Assembly (NCBI GenBank): GCA_038244715.1
Contig: JBBRTE010000014.1
Location: forward strand, 61,775-125,774
DNA from: Thermoanaerobaculia bacterium
Lineage (GTDB): Bacteria > Acidobacteriota > Thermoanaerobaculia > Gp7-AA8
DNA: 64,000 nt
Reading direction: 5' to 3'
Below are positions 46,609 through 54,882 of this stretch, in pieces. The notes under the pieces were generated by a model, which made no database searches, was not told the origin of the DNA, and worked only from the letters and a program-made list of their open reading frames with translations. Numbering within the stretch: position 1 is the first letter of the stretch; each line of letters starts with the position of its first letter. Both the position numbers and the translations under genes were made by a program.

Positions 46609-47007
46609 ATGAGTCTCGATGATCCCTTCGATCAGGTTGCGGAGTTTCACCGCCGTTTCGGACACCCGGTGGCCGACTGCCCGCAGCTCCTGAAGTCGCC
46701 TCGTGCCGACGGCCGCGTCGCCTGGATGCGCGAGGAAATCGACGAATTCGTCGAAGCGACGAACGTCATCGACCAGGCCGACGCCATGATCGACCTCATC
46801 TACTTCGCCCTCGGCACCCTGGTGGAGATGGGCGTCCGCCCCGGACCGCTCTTCGACATCGTGCACGGCGCGAACATGGCCAAGCTCTGGCCCGATGGCG
46901 CGCCGCGCGTTCGCGAGGACGGCAAGACCATCAAGCCGCCGACGTGGCGTGATCCGGCCGAGGCGCTGCGGGCCGAGATCGAGCGGCAGTCACGCGAACG
47001 CGGCTAA
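46609..47007 (+). CDS. MazG-like (all-alpha) NTP pyrophosphohydrolase
   Basis: VAEFH, EEIDEF, DAMIDLIYF, VHGANMAK, DGKTIKP. Confidence 0.82.
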   Translation: MSLDDPFDQVAEFHRRFGHPVADCPQLLKSPRADGRVAWMREEIDEFVEATNVIDQADAMIDLIYFALGTLVEMGVRPGPLFDIVHGANMAKLWPDGAPRVREDGKTIKPPTWRDPAEALRAEIERQSRERG

Positions 47008-47733
47008 CGCGAGATCGTGAAGCCGTCCGTTCGTGGAGAGAGCGCTGCCGCCGTCGGCGCGCGGCTCGCCGCGCAGATTCGTGAACCGGCCCCCGGCTTC
47101 CTCGACGATCACCTGCACGGCCGCCATGTCCCAGTGCGCGACCTGTGGCTCGATCGCGATCTCGGCCGCTCCCTCGGCGACCAGCATGTGCGCCCAGAAG
47201 TCGCCGAAGCCGCGCGTGCGGCCGCAGCGCCGGACGAGCGCGAGGAACGATTCGCCGAGGCCGAATTGCTCGAAGCCCGGGACGTCGTCGTAGCAGAGCT
47301 GCGCGGTTCCGATCGCATCGACGGCCGATACGTGAATCGCCTGGCCGTTGCAGAACGCTCCGTCGCCCCGGGACGCCCACCAGCGCCGACCGAGGGCTGG
47401 GGCGGAGACGACGCCGATCTGGCCGTCGAGCGCGATGAGGGTGGCGAAGACGGGGATCGCGCGGATGTAATTCTTCGTTGCATCGATCGGGTCGATGATC
47501 CATCGCCGGCTCGCGTCGCCGCGCGCGCCGAACTCTTCGCCGAGGATCCCGTCGTCGGGGCGCTCTTTCTCGAGCCGTTCGCGGATGATGCGCTCGACGG
47601 CTTCGTCGGCCTCCGAGACCGGCGTGCGATCGCTCTTCGTCCGTACCGCCAGCGTTGCGGAGTTAAAGAACTGCATCGTGATCGCGTCCGCGGCGTCGGC
47701 AAGAGACAGAGCGAGGCGGAGGTCGTCGTTCAT
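46990..47733 (-). CDS. hisN: Histidinol-phosphatase, inositol monophosphatase family
   Basis: KSDRTPVSEAD, GEEFG, WIIDPIDATKN, RGFGDFW, WDMAA. Confidence 0.82.
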   Translation of the reverse strand: MNDDLRLALSLADAADAITMQFFNSATLAVRTKSDRTPVSEADEAVERIIRERLEKERPDDGILGEEFGARGDASRRWIIDPIDATKNYIRAIPVFATLIALDGQIGVVSAPALGRRWWASRGDGAFCNGQAIHVSAVDAIGTAQLCYDDVPGFEQFGLGESFLALVRRCGRTRGFGDFWAHMLVAEGAAEIAIEPQVAHWDMAAVQVIVEEAGGRFTNLRGEPRADGGSALSTNGRLHDLALAAFA

Positions 47734-47956
47734 GCGCGCCGAGCGTAGCATTCTCGCGGAAACCGCCGGGCTTGGCCGACTCTTGCTCGGAAGGCAGCAT
47801 TTGGAAATGCACGCTGGCGGTTTTTCGCTGGCCAGCGTGCGGTCTATTGCGGCGCGGCTATGCGATCCCCGCCCGCGGCTGGCTGGACGATCACCCCAGT
47901 CGCGCGCGACGGAGACCTTACGCTGACGAAGAAGTAGCTCTATCATCGCGGCACAC

Positions 47957-49435
47957 ATGCGGCGCATCGTTCTCCTCCTGCTGCTCGTCGCGGCGACGGC
48001 GAGTGCGCAGCAGCCTGTCTTTCGCTGGGGCGGCGATGCCGAGGGTGGGGCGCCGTTCGTGGAGGCGGACCCGGGCGATCCGTCGAAGGTTCGCGGATTC
48101 GACGTCGAGGTCGCTGGAGAAATCGCCAAAGGCCTCGGCAAGCACCCGGAGTTCGTGCAGGTCGGGTTCAACGACATCGACCAATCGGTCCAGCGCGGCG
48201 ATTTCGAGATCGGGATGAGCGGCGTCGAAGATACGCCGGCCCGCCGGCGGATGCTCGCCGCGACGATTCCCTACTTCGAGTTTCATGAAGTGCTGACGAT
48301 GCGGGCGGAAGATCGCGGAAAGTTCTCCACGCTCGCTGCGTTGCGCGGCCGGCGCGTCGGGACGCTCGGCGGAACGATCGCGTACGAACGGCTCCTGGCC
48401 GCGGAGAAGAGTGAAGGCGTGCTCGTCGTCTCCTACGATGACGACGTCCATCCGTACGCGGACCTTCGGGCCGGCCGGCTCGACGCGGTTCTGCTCGACA
48501 ACATCATCGCGGCGCGTTCGATGCGCAGGATCCCGGGCCTCTATACGGAAGTGAATCCTGTGGCGACCGGTCACTACATCGGCGTCCTGGCCACCGGCAA
48601 CACCGCGCTGCGCGATCGTATCAACGAGATTTTGCGTGCCCGGATGCGCGACGGCACGCTCGAGCGGATCTATCGCAAGTGGAACATCTGGGATTCGTAC
48701 CAGCCTGCGTTTTTTGCCGGTGTCCTCGGTGCGCAGGCTCCGGCGAAGAAGGCGCCCGAGGGGGCAGTCGCAGTCGCGGGCCAGGACCGGCTCGAGGTCG
48801 TCATGCGGTACGTTCCTGCGCTGTTGCGCGCTTCGCTGATCACGATCGTGTTGTCGTGCGTGGCGATGGCATTGGCGGTTCTGGCCGGCGTGCTGATCGC
48901 CAGCGGGCGCGTTTACGGAAATGCCCTGGTGCGCGGGCTTCTGACCATTTACGTCGAAGTCGTTCGTGGGACTCCCGTGCTGCTGCAACTCTTCGTTCTT
49001 TATTACGGCTTGTCATCGATCATCCGTCTTCCCGCCTTTGTCGCCGCGCTTCTCGGGCTGGGCCTTAACTACGCGGCGTATGAGAGCGAGATCTATCGTG
49101 GCGCGCTCGAAGCGGTGTCGCGCGGGCAACTCGAAGCGGCGCGCACCCTCGGCCTCACGGAATCGCAGGTGCTGCGGCTCGTGCGCGGGCCGCAGGCGTT
49201 CCGGATTGCACTCGCACCGATGACGAACGATTTCGTGGCGCTGCTCAAGGATTCGTCGCTCGTCTCGGTCATCACCGTGATCGAGCTGACGAAGCAGACG
49301 TCGATCTTCGCGGCGAATATCGGAAGCTGGGTCATCCCGGGCATCCTCTGTGCCGGCCTTTATCTCTTGCTGTCGCTGCCGCTGTCGCGCCTGGCCGGGC
49401 GACTGGAAAATCGTTGGAGGGCGGCCACGGAATGA
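47957..49435 (+). CDS. Amino-acid ABC transporter: fused substrate-binding protein + permease
   Basis: Signal peptide; GFDVEVA (SBP family 3); RGTPVLLQL, GQLEAARTLG, LKDSSL. Confidence 0.9.
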   Translation: MRRIVLLLLLVAATASAQQPVFRWGGDAEGGAPFVEADPGDPSKVRGFDVEVAGEIAKGLGKHPEFVQVGFNDIDQSVQRGDFEIGMSGVEDTPARRRMLAATIPYFEFHEVLTMRAEDRGKFSTLAALRGRRVGTLGGTIAYERLLAAEKSEGVLVVSYDDDVHPYADLRAGRLDAVLLDNIIAARSMRRIPGLYTEVNPVATGHYIGVLATGNTALRDRINEILRARMRDGTLERIYRKWNIWDSYQPAFFAGVLGAQAPAKKAPEGAVAVAGQDRLEVVMRYVPALLRASLITIVLSCVAMALAVLAGVLIASGRVYGNALVRGLLTIYVEVVRGTPVLLQLFVLYYGLSSIIRLPAFVAALLGLGLNYAAYESEIYRGALEAVSRGQLEAARTLGLTESQVLRLVRGPQAFRIALAPMTNDFVALLKDSSLVSVITVIELTKQTSIFAANIGSWVIPGILCAGLYLLLSLPLSRLAGRLENRWRAATE

Positions 49436-50178
49436 GCGGCATTCTGACGATATCGGATCTGCGGCTTCGTCGCGGCGAGCGGGAGATTCTGCGCGGCGTC
49501 GACGTAAGCGTCGCGTCGGGAGAGCTCGTCGCGCTGATGGGACTCTCAGGGGGCGGCAAGACGACGGTCCTTCGCTGTGTGGCGGGTCTGGAGACATTCG
49601 AGGGGGGCACCGTCGATGTCAGCGGAGTAGTGCTCCGGCCGGGGCCCCAGCCGCCGCGCGCCACGATGCGGGAGCTGCGTACGCGCGTCGGCATGGTGTT
49701 CCAGCTACATTGCCTATTCGAGCATCTCTCCGTCCTCGAGAATGTCACCCTCGCACCGGTTCAGGTCGCGCACGTGTCTCGCGCGGATGCGGAGAAGCGT
49801 GCCCTTGACCTCCTCGATACCCTGGGCGTTGCTCATCGAAAGCACGCCCTCCCGCGCGAGCTCTCCGGTGGGGAAGCGCAGCGAGTGGCGATTGCGCGGG
49901 CCATGGCCATGGAGCCGCCGCTTCTGCTGATGGACGAGCCGACCGCGTCGCTCGACCCGGCCCGGCGAGGGGAACTGGGCGACACGCTGGTGCAACTCAC
50001 GAAGACGGGGCGGACCCTCGTTGTGACCACCCATGACGACGATTTCGCCCGAGACTTCGCTACGCGCGTCGTGATCCTCGCGGATGGAGAAGTCGTCGAA
50101 CAAGGCGTCCCGCGTGAAGTGCTGACGAATCCGCAGCATGAGGCGACGAAGCGGTTGCTCCAGCGGGCGCACGGATAA
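49432..50178 (+). CDS. Amino-acid ABC transporter ATP-binding protein
   Basis: GLSGGGKTT, LSGGEAQRVAIARA, DEPTASLD. Confidence 0.93.
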   Translation: MSGILTISDLRLRRGEREILRGVDVSVASGELVALMGLSGGGKTTVLRCVAGLETFEGGTVDVSGVVLRPGPQPPRATMRELRTRVGMVFQLHCLFEHLSVLENVTLAPVQVAHVSRADAEKRALDLLDTLGVAHRKHALPRELSGGEAQRVAIARAMAMEPPLLLMDEPTASLDPARRGELGDTLVQLTKTGRTLVVTTHDDDFARDFATRVVILADGEVVEQGVPREVLTNPQHEATKRLLQRAHG

Positions 50179-50230
50179 CTGGGTTGTCGATTGTGATGCG
50201 AATCACACTCCGGCCGGAACTGCCTCGCCG

Positions 50231-51004
50231 TCAGGCCTTGAAGAACATCGCCACGCCCATCACCAGTCCGATGACGACGACGGCGCGGCGTACGAACGTG
50301 CGTCCGAGCCTCTGGGCCACGCGTGCGCCGAGGTAGCCGCCGACGATCGCGGTCACAGCCATGATCAGGCCGTCGCGCCAGAGGACAGCGCCGCCGAACG
50401 CGAAGTAGAGCGCGGCCACGCCGTTGATGCAAATTGCCAATAAGTTCTTCAGTCCGTTCATCTCGTGCATGTCGGTCAGGCCGATGAGACCGAGCGCCGC
50501 CAGCATCAGGATGCCGATCCCTCCACCGAAATAGCCGCCGTAAACACCGACGAGAAACTGGAAGATGAAGACGAACACCACCCATCCCGCCGATGGATTC
50601 TCGTTGACCTCAGTGACCGTACGCATCAGGCGGCTGATGACTTCCTGCAGCGCCAGGAGCAGCGTGGCGCCCAGGATCAGGAACGGCACGAGGCGCGTAA
50701 ACGTCTTGGTGGACGTGTGCATCAGCAGCACCGCTCCCGCGCCCCCTCCAGCGAATGCGGGAATCATCAGCAGGAGCAGCCAGCGCCGGATCTTCGCCAG
50801 CTCGCGGCGGAATCCGATCATGGCTGCGAAGGACCCCGGCCAGAGTGCGAAGCTGTTCGTGGCGTTGGCCATCACCGGGTTCACGCCGATCCAGACCAGG
50901 GCCGGAAACGAGATCAGCGTTCCGCCGCCGGCGATGGAGTTGATGGCGCCGGCCGCAAACGCGGCCAGAGCGATGACGACGTCATGAATGATCGGTTCGG
51001 TCAC
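50231..51004 (-). CDS. TauE/SafE-family sulfite exporter-like membrane protein
   Basis: AGAINSIAGGGTL, YGGYFGGGIG. Confidence 0.9.
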   Translation of the reverse strand: MTEPIIHDVVIALAAFAAGAINSIAGGGTLISFPALVWIGVNPVMANATNSFALWPGSFAAMIGFRRELAKIRRWLLLLMIPAFAGGGAGAVLLMHTSTKTFTRLVPFLILGATLLLALQEVISRLMRTVTEVNENPSAGWVVFVFIFQFLVGVYGGYFGGGIGILMLAALGLIGLTDMHEMNGLKNLLAICINGVAALYFAFGGAVLWRDGLIMAVTAIVGGYLGARVAQRLGRTFVRRAVVVIGLVMGVAMFFKA

Positions 51005-52380
51005 GATGCGACGGAGGAGATCTCGTTCGCGAGCACATCGCGGAGTGATTCGGCAATTCTTGTAATCAGCGCTTTGTCCGGACCTTCGACCATCACGCGG
51101 ACTTTGGTCTCCGTTCCCGAGTAGCGCACCAGGATGCGGCCCTTTCCGTCCAGTTGCGCCTGCGCTGCAGCCAACGCCGCCTGATACCTCGGCAGCGACT
51201 CCAGCGCCGGCTTCGAGCCCACCTTCTCATTGAGGAGAAGCTGCGGCATCGGCGTAAACGTCGGCAGCTGCGAAAACGGCGTTCCAGCCTGAGCCAGAAG
51301 CTCTCCGAAGACGAGCGCCGTGTGGGTCCCATCGCCCGTCGTGTGGACTGTCAAATCGATGATGTGGCCGGATTGTTCGCCGCCGAGGCTGGCGCCGCGC
51401 TCGAGCATCATCTCCAGGACGTATTTGTCGCCGACGTTCGCACGGCAGAGCTCGATGCCGTCTTCGCGAAGCTGGCGCTCGAAGCCGAAGTTGGACATCA
51501 CGGTCGTGACGACGCAGCCACCCTTCAACGCGCCGTCGCGCTGCAGCCGTTGCGCCCAGAGGTAGATGATCTCGTCGCCGTTACGGATTTTCCCGGCATC
51601 GTCGACGAAGATGGCCCGGTCGGCGTCCCCGTCGAACGCGACCCCGAAGTCGGCGTGTTCCTCGACGACGATCCTTGCCAGCCCTTCCGGATGCATCGCG
51701 CCGCATCCATCGTTGATGTTCCGGCCGTTCGGAGCGTCGTTGATGAGACGCACGGTTGCGCCGGCGCGGCGAAAGACTTCCGGCGCGATGCGGAACGCGG
51801 CACCGTTGCCGGTGTCGAGGACGACCTTGCGGCCGCGCAGGGCGTCGGGCGCGACGCCGTCGTCGAGGAAGCGTTCGTAGCGTTCGATCAGCTCCATGTT
51901 GTCTCGAAGCTCGATCTCCGGGACCTCGACGGCGTCGACCCGGATCGCACGGAGCTCGTCCTCGATCTGCTCTTCATCGGAGTCGGGGATCTTCATGCCG
52001 TCATGCCCGAAGATCTTCACGCCGTTGTCTTCGAACGAATTGTGCGAGGCGGAGATGGAGATGCCGGCGGCGGCGTCGGAGATACGACAGAGATACGCAA
52101 CAGCCGGTGTGGGGACGATGCCGATGAAGATCGCCTTCGCTCCGCCGCTTTCGATGCCGGCCGCGAGCGATCGCGCGATTCCGGGTCCCGACTCCCGTGT
52201 GTCCATCCCGAGGAGAATGGACACCTGGCCGGCTCCCACGCTGCGCCCTTCCTCCCTCGTCCCTCGTCCCTGCCTCAACCGGTGCGCAAGCGAAGCGCCG
52301 AGGGCGAACATCGTCGGCGGATCGAACGGGTATTGGTTTGCCTTGCCGCGGATGCCGTCGGTGCCGAAAAGGGTCCTCAT
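51001..52380 (-). CDS. glmM: Phosphoglucosamine mutase
   Basis: FGTDGIRG, ISASHN, DGDADR, GGEQSGH, RYSGTE; follows cdaA-cdaR. Confidence 0.93.
   Translation of the reverse strand: MRTLFGTDGIRGKANQYPFDPPTMFALGASLAHRLRQGRGTREEGRSVGAGQVSILLGMDTRESGPGIARSLAAGIESGGAKAIFIGIVPTPAVAYLCRISDAAAGISISASHNSFEDNGVKIFGHDGMKIPDSDEEQIEDELRAIRVDAVEVPEIELRDNMELIERYERFLDDGVAPDALRGRKVVLDTGNGAAFRIAPEVFRRAGATVRLINDAPNGRNINDGCGAMHPEGLARIVVEEHADFGVAFDGDADRAIFVDDAGKIRNGDEIIYLWAQRLQRDGALKGGCVVTTVMSNFGFERQLREDGIELCRANVGDKYVLEMMLERGASLGGEQSGHIIDLTVHTTGDGTHTALVFGELLAQAGTPFSQLPTFTPMPQLLLNEKVGSKPALESLPRYQAALAAAQAQLDGKGRILVRYSGTETKVRVMVEGPDKALITRIAESLRDVLANEISSVAS
52246..52274. repeat. Heptamer tandem repeat inside glmM
   Basis: CCCTTCCT CCCTCGT CCCTCGT CCCTGCC. 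Confidence 0.7.
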
Positions 52381-53105
52381 CGATTGCCTTTGGTTCTCTC
52401 TTTCTTGTCTGGAGACGGTTCGCTGGGAGGTTCGCTGGTCGAGCTGAGCGGCGCGACCGGGCCGATCCCCGGGTTGACCGGCACCGTGGCCTGTGTCGTC
52501 AAGGGCTCGATGATGCGGATGAGCGACGAGTCGGAGACGACCGCGACCGTCTGCACGAATGTGTCGGTGCGGCCGGTCATGATAATCCGTTCGGTCGCCA
52601 CTTCCGTAATGTTCCGGACCTGAGACGACGGGCCGGAGATGAGGACGTGATCGGGGACGAGCGTCGGGTCGCCCGCGGAGTAGCCGGGTGGTGGCTGTCC
52701 GATCAGAAACGGGCGGATAGGGACGACCTTCTGCCGCAGCGCCTCCACGTGAAACCGCAGCTTGGTCGGCTCCATGGCCACGACGTCGATCTGCGGCGGA
52801 ACGCTCATCGCCTGGGGGCTGAGAGTGATCACCGCGTCGCCGGGCGTGAGCCAGTTGACGTCGAGCGTGACTTCGAGGTTCTGCGAGGAGAGCGCGCGGA
52901 GGTCGGAGACGCGGCCGCTCAGCCGGACGCTGACGGTGTCGGGCATCGCCGTGGTGATGGTGAGATCGCGCGGCATGCGCACGAGCGATACCGGCGCCGC
53001 AAACGCACGCTCCGAGACCGGCTCGCGCCGCGGCGCCGAAACGACAAACCAGACGGTGAACGCCAGGAACACCGAGAGGATCTTGAGTGGCAGGTTGTGA
53101 ATCAT
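52377..53105 (-). CDS. cdaR: CdaR/YbbR-family regulator of diadenylate cyclase
   Basis: NLPLKILSVFLAFTVWFVV; YbbR-type repeats; P...ISGP.S.V. Confidence 0.85.
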   Translation of the reverse strand: MIHNLPLKILSVFLAFTVWFVVSAPRREPVSERAFAAPVSLVRMPRDLTITTAMPDTVSVRLSGRVSDLRALSSQNLEVTLDVNWLTPGDAVITLSPQAMSVPPQIDVVAMEPTKLRFHVEALRQKVVPIRPFLIGQPPPGYSAGDPTLVPDHVLISGPSSQVRNITEVATERIIMTGRTDTFVQTVAVVSDSSLIRIIEPLTTQATVPVNPGIGPVAPLSSTSEPPSEPSPDKKERTKGNR

Positions 53106-53163
53106 GGTCGTGTCTGGTCGCCGCAGCCGGTTCCGCCGGGCGGCGTCGGCATCGTCATCGAAA

Positions 53164-53937
53164 TCACTTCCGGATCGCCCGCAGACGTTCGTGCATCAGT
53201 TTCATCAACTGGCTCCGGTCGAGGTTCTCGTAAAGCACCCCTTCGCTCGCTGCGGCAATCGAGCCATTCTCTTCCGACACGACGAGAACGAGCGCATCGC
53301 TGTCTTCGGAGAGTCCCAGGGCGGCGCGGTGACGCGTGCCGTGGGCGAGCTTCGGGCTGGCCGATGTGGTCAACGGCAGAAACGCCCCGGCGGCCACGAT
53401 GCGATTCCCACGGATGATGGCCGCGCCGTCGTGAAGCGGACCGCCGGGGACGAAAAGGGTGATCAGCAACTCCTCCGACACCACCGCATCGACCGGCTTG
53501 GCCGCCTCAGCAACCATCCGCAGACTCTGCGCACGCTCGATCGCGATCAACGCGCCGATCCGCTGCGCCGAGAGGAAGTCCGCCGCGCCGACGATGGCTT
53601 CGAAGGGAACGGGAGACGCGCCCGTCGTAACGAACGACAGCAGGGGATTCGAGGCCATCCGGGCCAGGGCACGCCGGATCTCGGCCTGAAAGAGGACGAT
53701 CACCGCGAACGGCAGGTAGAAGAGGATCTGCCGCGAGATCGCTTCCAGTGCAGGAAGGTTGAACGCCCGCGCCACGAAGAACGAACTGCCGAGGACGACG
53801 AGACCGATCGAGACCTGCATGGCGCGCGTCCCGCGGATCAGCGCGAGGATGCTGTAGATCACGATGGCCACGATCGTGATGTCGATGCCGTCACGCCAGG
53901 TGAACTGAAGCGAGAGGAGGCGGTCGTACCAGTTCAA
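53164..53937 (-). CDS. cdaA: Diadenylate cyclase CdaA
   Basis: Three N-terminal TMs, GALI.IER, PLHDGA, HGTRHRAALG, VVSEE. Confidence 0.95.
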   Translation of the reverse strand: MNWYDRLLSLQFTWRDGIDITIVAIVIYSILALIRGTRAMQVSIGLVVLGSSFFVARAFNLPALEAISRQILFYLPFAVIVLFQAEIRRALARMASNPLLSFVTTGASPVPFEAIVGAADFLSAQRIGALIAIERAQSLRMVAEAAKPVDAVVSEELLITLFVPGGPLHDGAAIIRGNRIVAAGAFLPLTTSASPKLAHGTRHRAALGLSEDSDALVLVVSEENGSIAAASEGVLYENLDRSQLMKLMHERLRAIRK

Positions 53938-54803
53938 TGGTCTCTCCGCTCTTCGATCGCCATCCAGACCTTCAGGAAATCGACGGTGGCGCGGACGTCG
54001 TGGACGCGCACGATCGCCGCGCCTGCGCGCTGCGCCGCTGCGACCGCAGCGAGCGAGCCGAGGGCTCGGTCGGGACCGGAATCACGTCCGGTCAGGTGCC
54101 CGATGAACGCTTTGCGCGACGCACCGATGACGAGCGGAGCCAGAGCGGTCAACTCCCCGGCACGCGCCAGCAGTTCGAGGTTCTGATCGAACGTCTTCGC
54201 GAACCCGATGCCCGGATCGACCAGGATGCTCTTTCGGTCCACTCCGGCGGCCACCGCGGCGTCGATCATCGACGACAGCTCGCGGGCAACGTCCGTTACG
54301 ACGTCGTCATAGTCGGTGAATTGTTGCATGGTGGCCGGCTCGCCCCGCATGTGCATGAGGATGACCGGGACGCCGCTCTTCGCCACGACCTCCGGCATCC
54401 CGGCCGAGTAACGGAGCGCGCTCACGTCATTGAGCATGTTCGCTCCGGCGGCGATGGCCGCCTCGGCAACTGCGGCGTTCCGCGTGTCGATGGAGATCGT
54501 GACGGCGCTGCGGCGGCGGATCTGCTCGATGACCGGAAGCACACGGTCGATCTCGACCTGTGCTGCAAGTGGCTCCGCGCCGGGACGCGTCGACTCGCCG
54601 CCGATGTCGATGATCGTGGCGCCGTCCTGCTCCATCTGCAGTGCTGCGTGGACGGCCTTCGACTGGTCGAAATGGACGCCACCGTCCGAGAAGGAGTCAG
54701 GGGTGATGTTGAGGATGCCCATCACCTGGGGTCTTTCAGCCAATGTTGAATGTTGAATGTTGGATGTTGAATGTTGAATGAGCACGACGCACTCTTCCTT
54801 CAT
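53934..54803 (-). CDS. folP: Dihydropteroate synthase (start uncertain: ATG 54803 or TTG 54743)
   Basis: VMGILNITPDSFSDGG, IGGESTRPG, DPGIGF, SRKAF, RVHDV. Confidence 0.95.
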   Translation of the reverse strand: MKEECVVLIQHSTSNIQHSTLAERPQVMGILNITPDSFSDGGVHFDQSKAVHAALQMEQDGATIIDIGGESTRPGAEPLAAQVEIDRVLPVIEQIRRRSAVTISIDTRNAAVAEAAIAAGANMLNDVSALRYSAGMPEVVAKSGVPVILMHMRGEPATMQQFTDYDDVVTDVARELSSMIDAAVAAGVDRKSILVDPGIGFAKTFDQNLELLARAGELTALAPLVIGASRKAFIGHLTGRDSGPDRALGSLAAVAAAQRAGAAIVRVHDVRATVDFLKVWMAIEERRDH

Positions 54804-54835
54804 TCAATCCAGCACCGAAACCGCATTCAACATTT
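54742..54835. repeat. Inverted heptamer (TGTTGAA) tandem-repeat element
   Basis: About 5.5 x AATGTTG (54742-80) followed by CATTCAA copies (54801-07, 54824-30). Confidence 0.85.
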
Positions 54836-54882
54836 GTGAATCCTCCGATCGCAGCCGATGCCGCACGTCGAGCTTCGAAATT

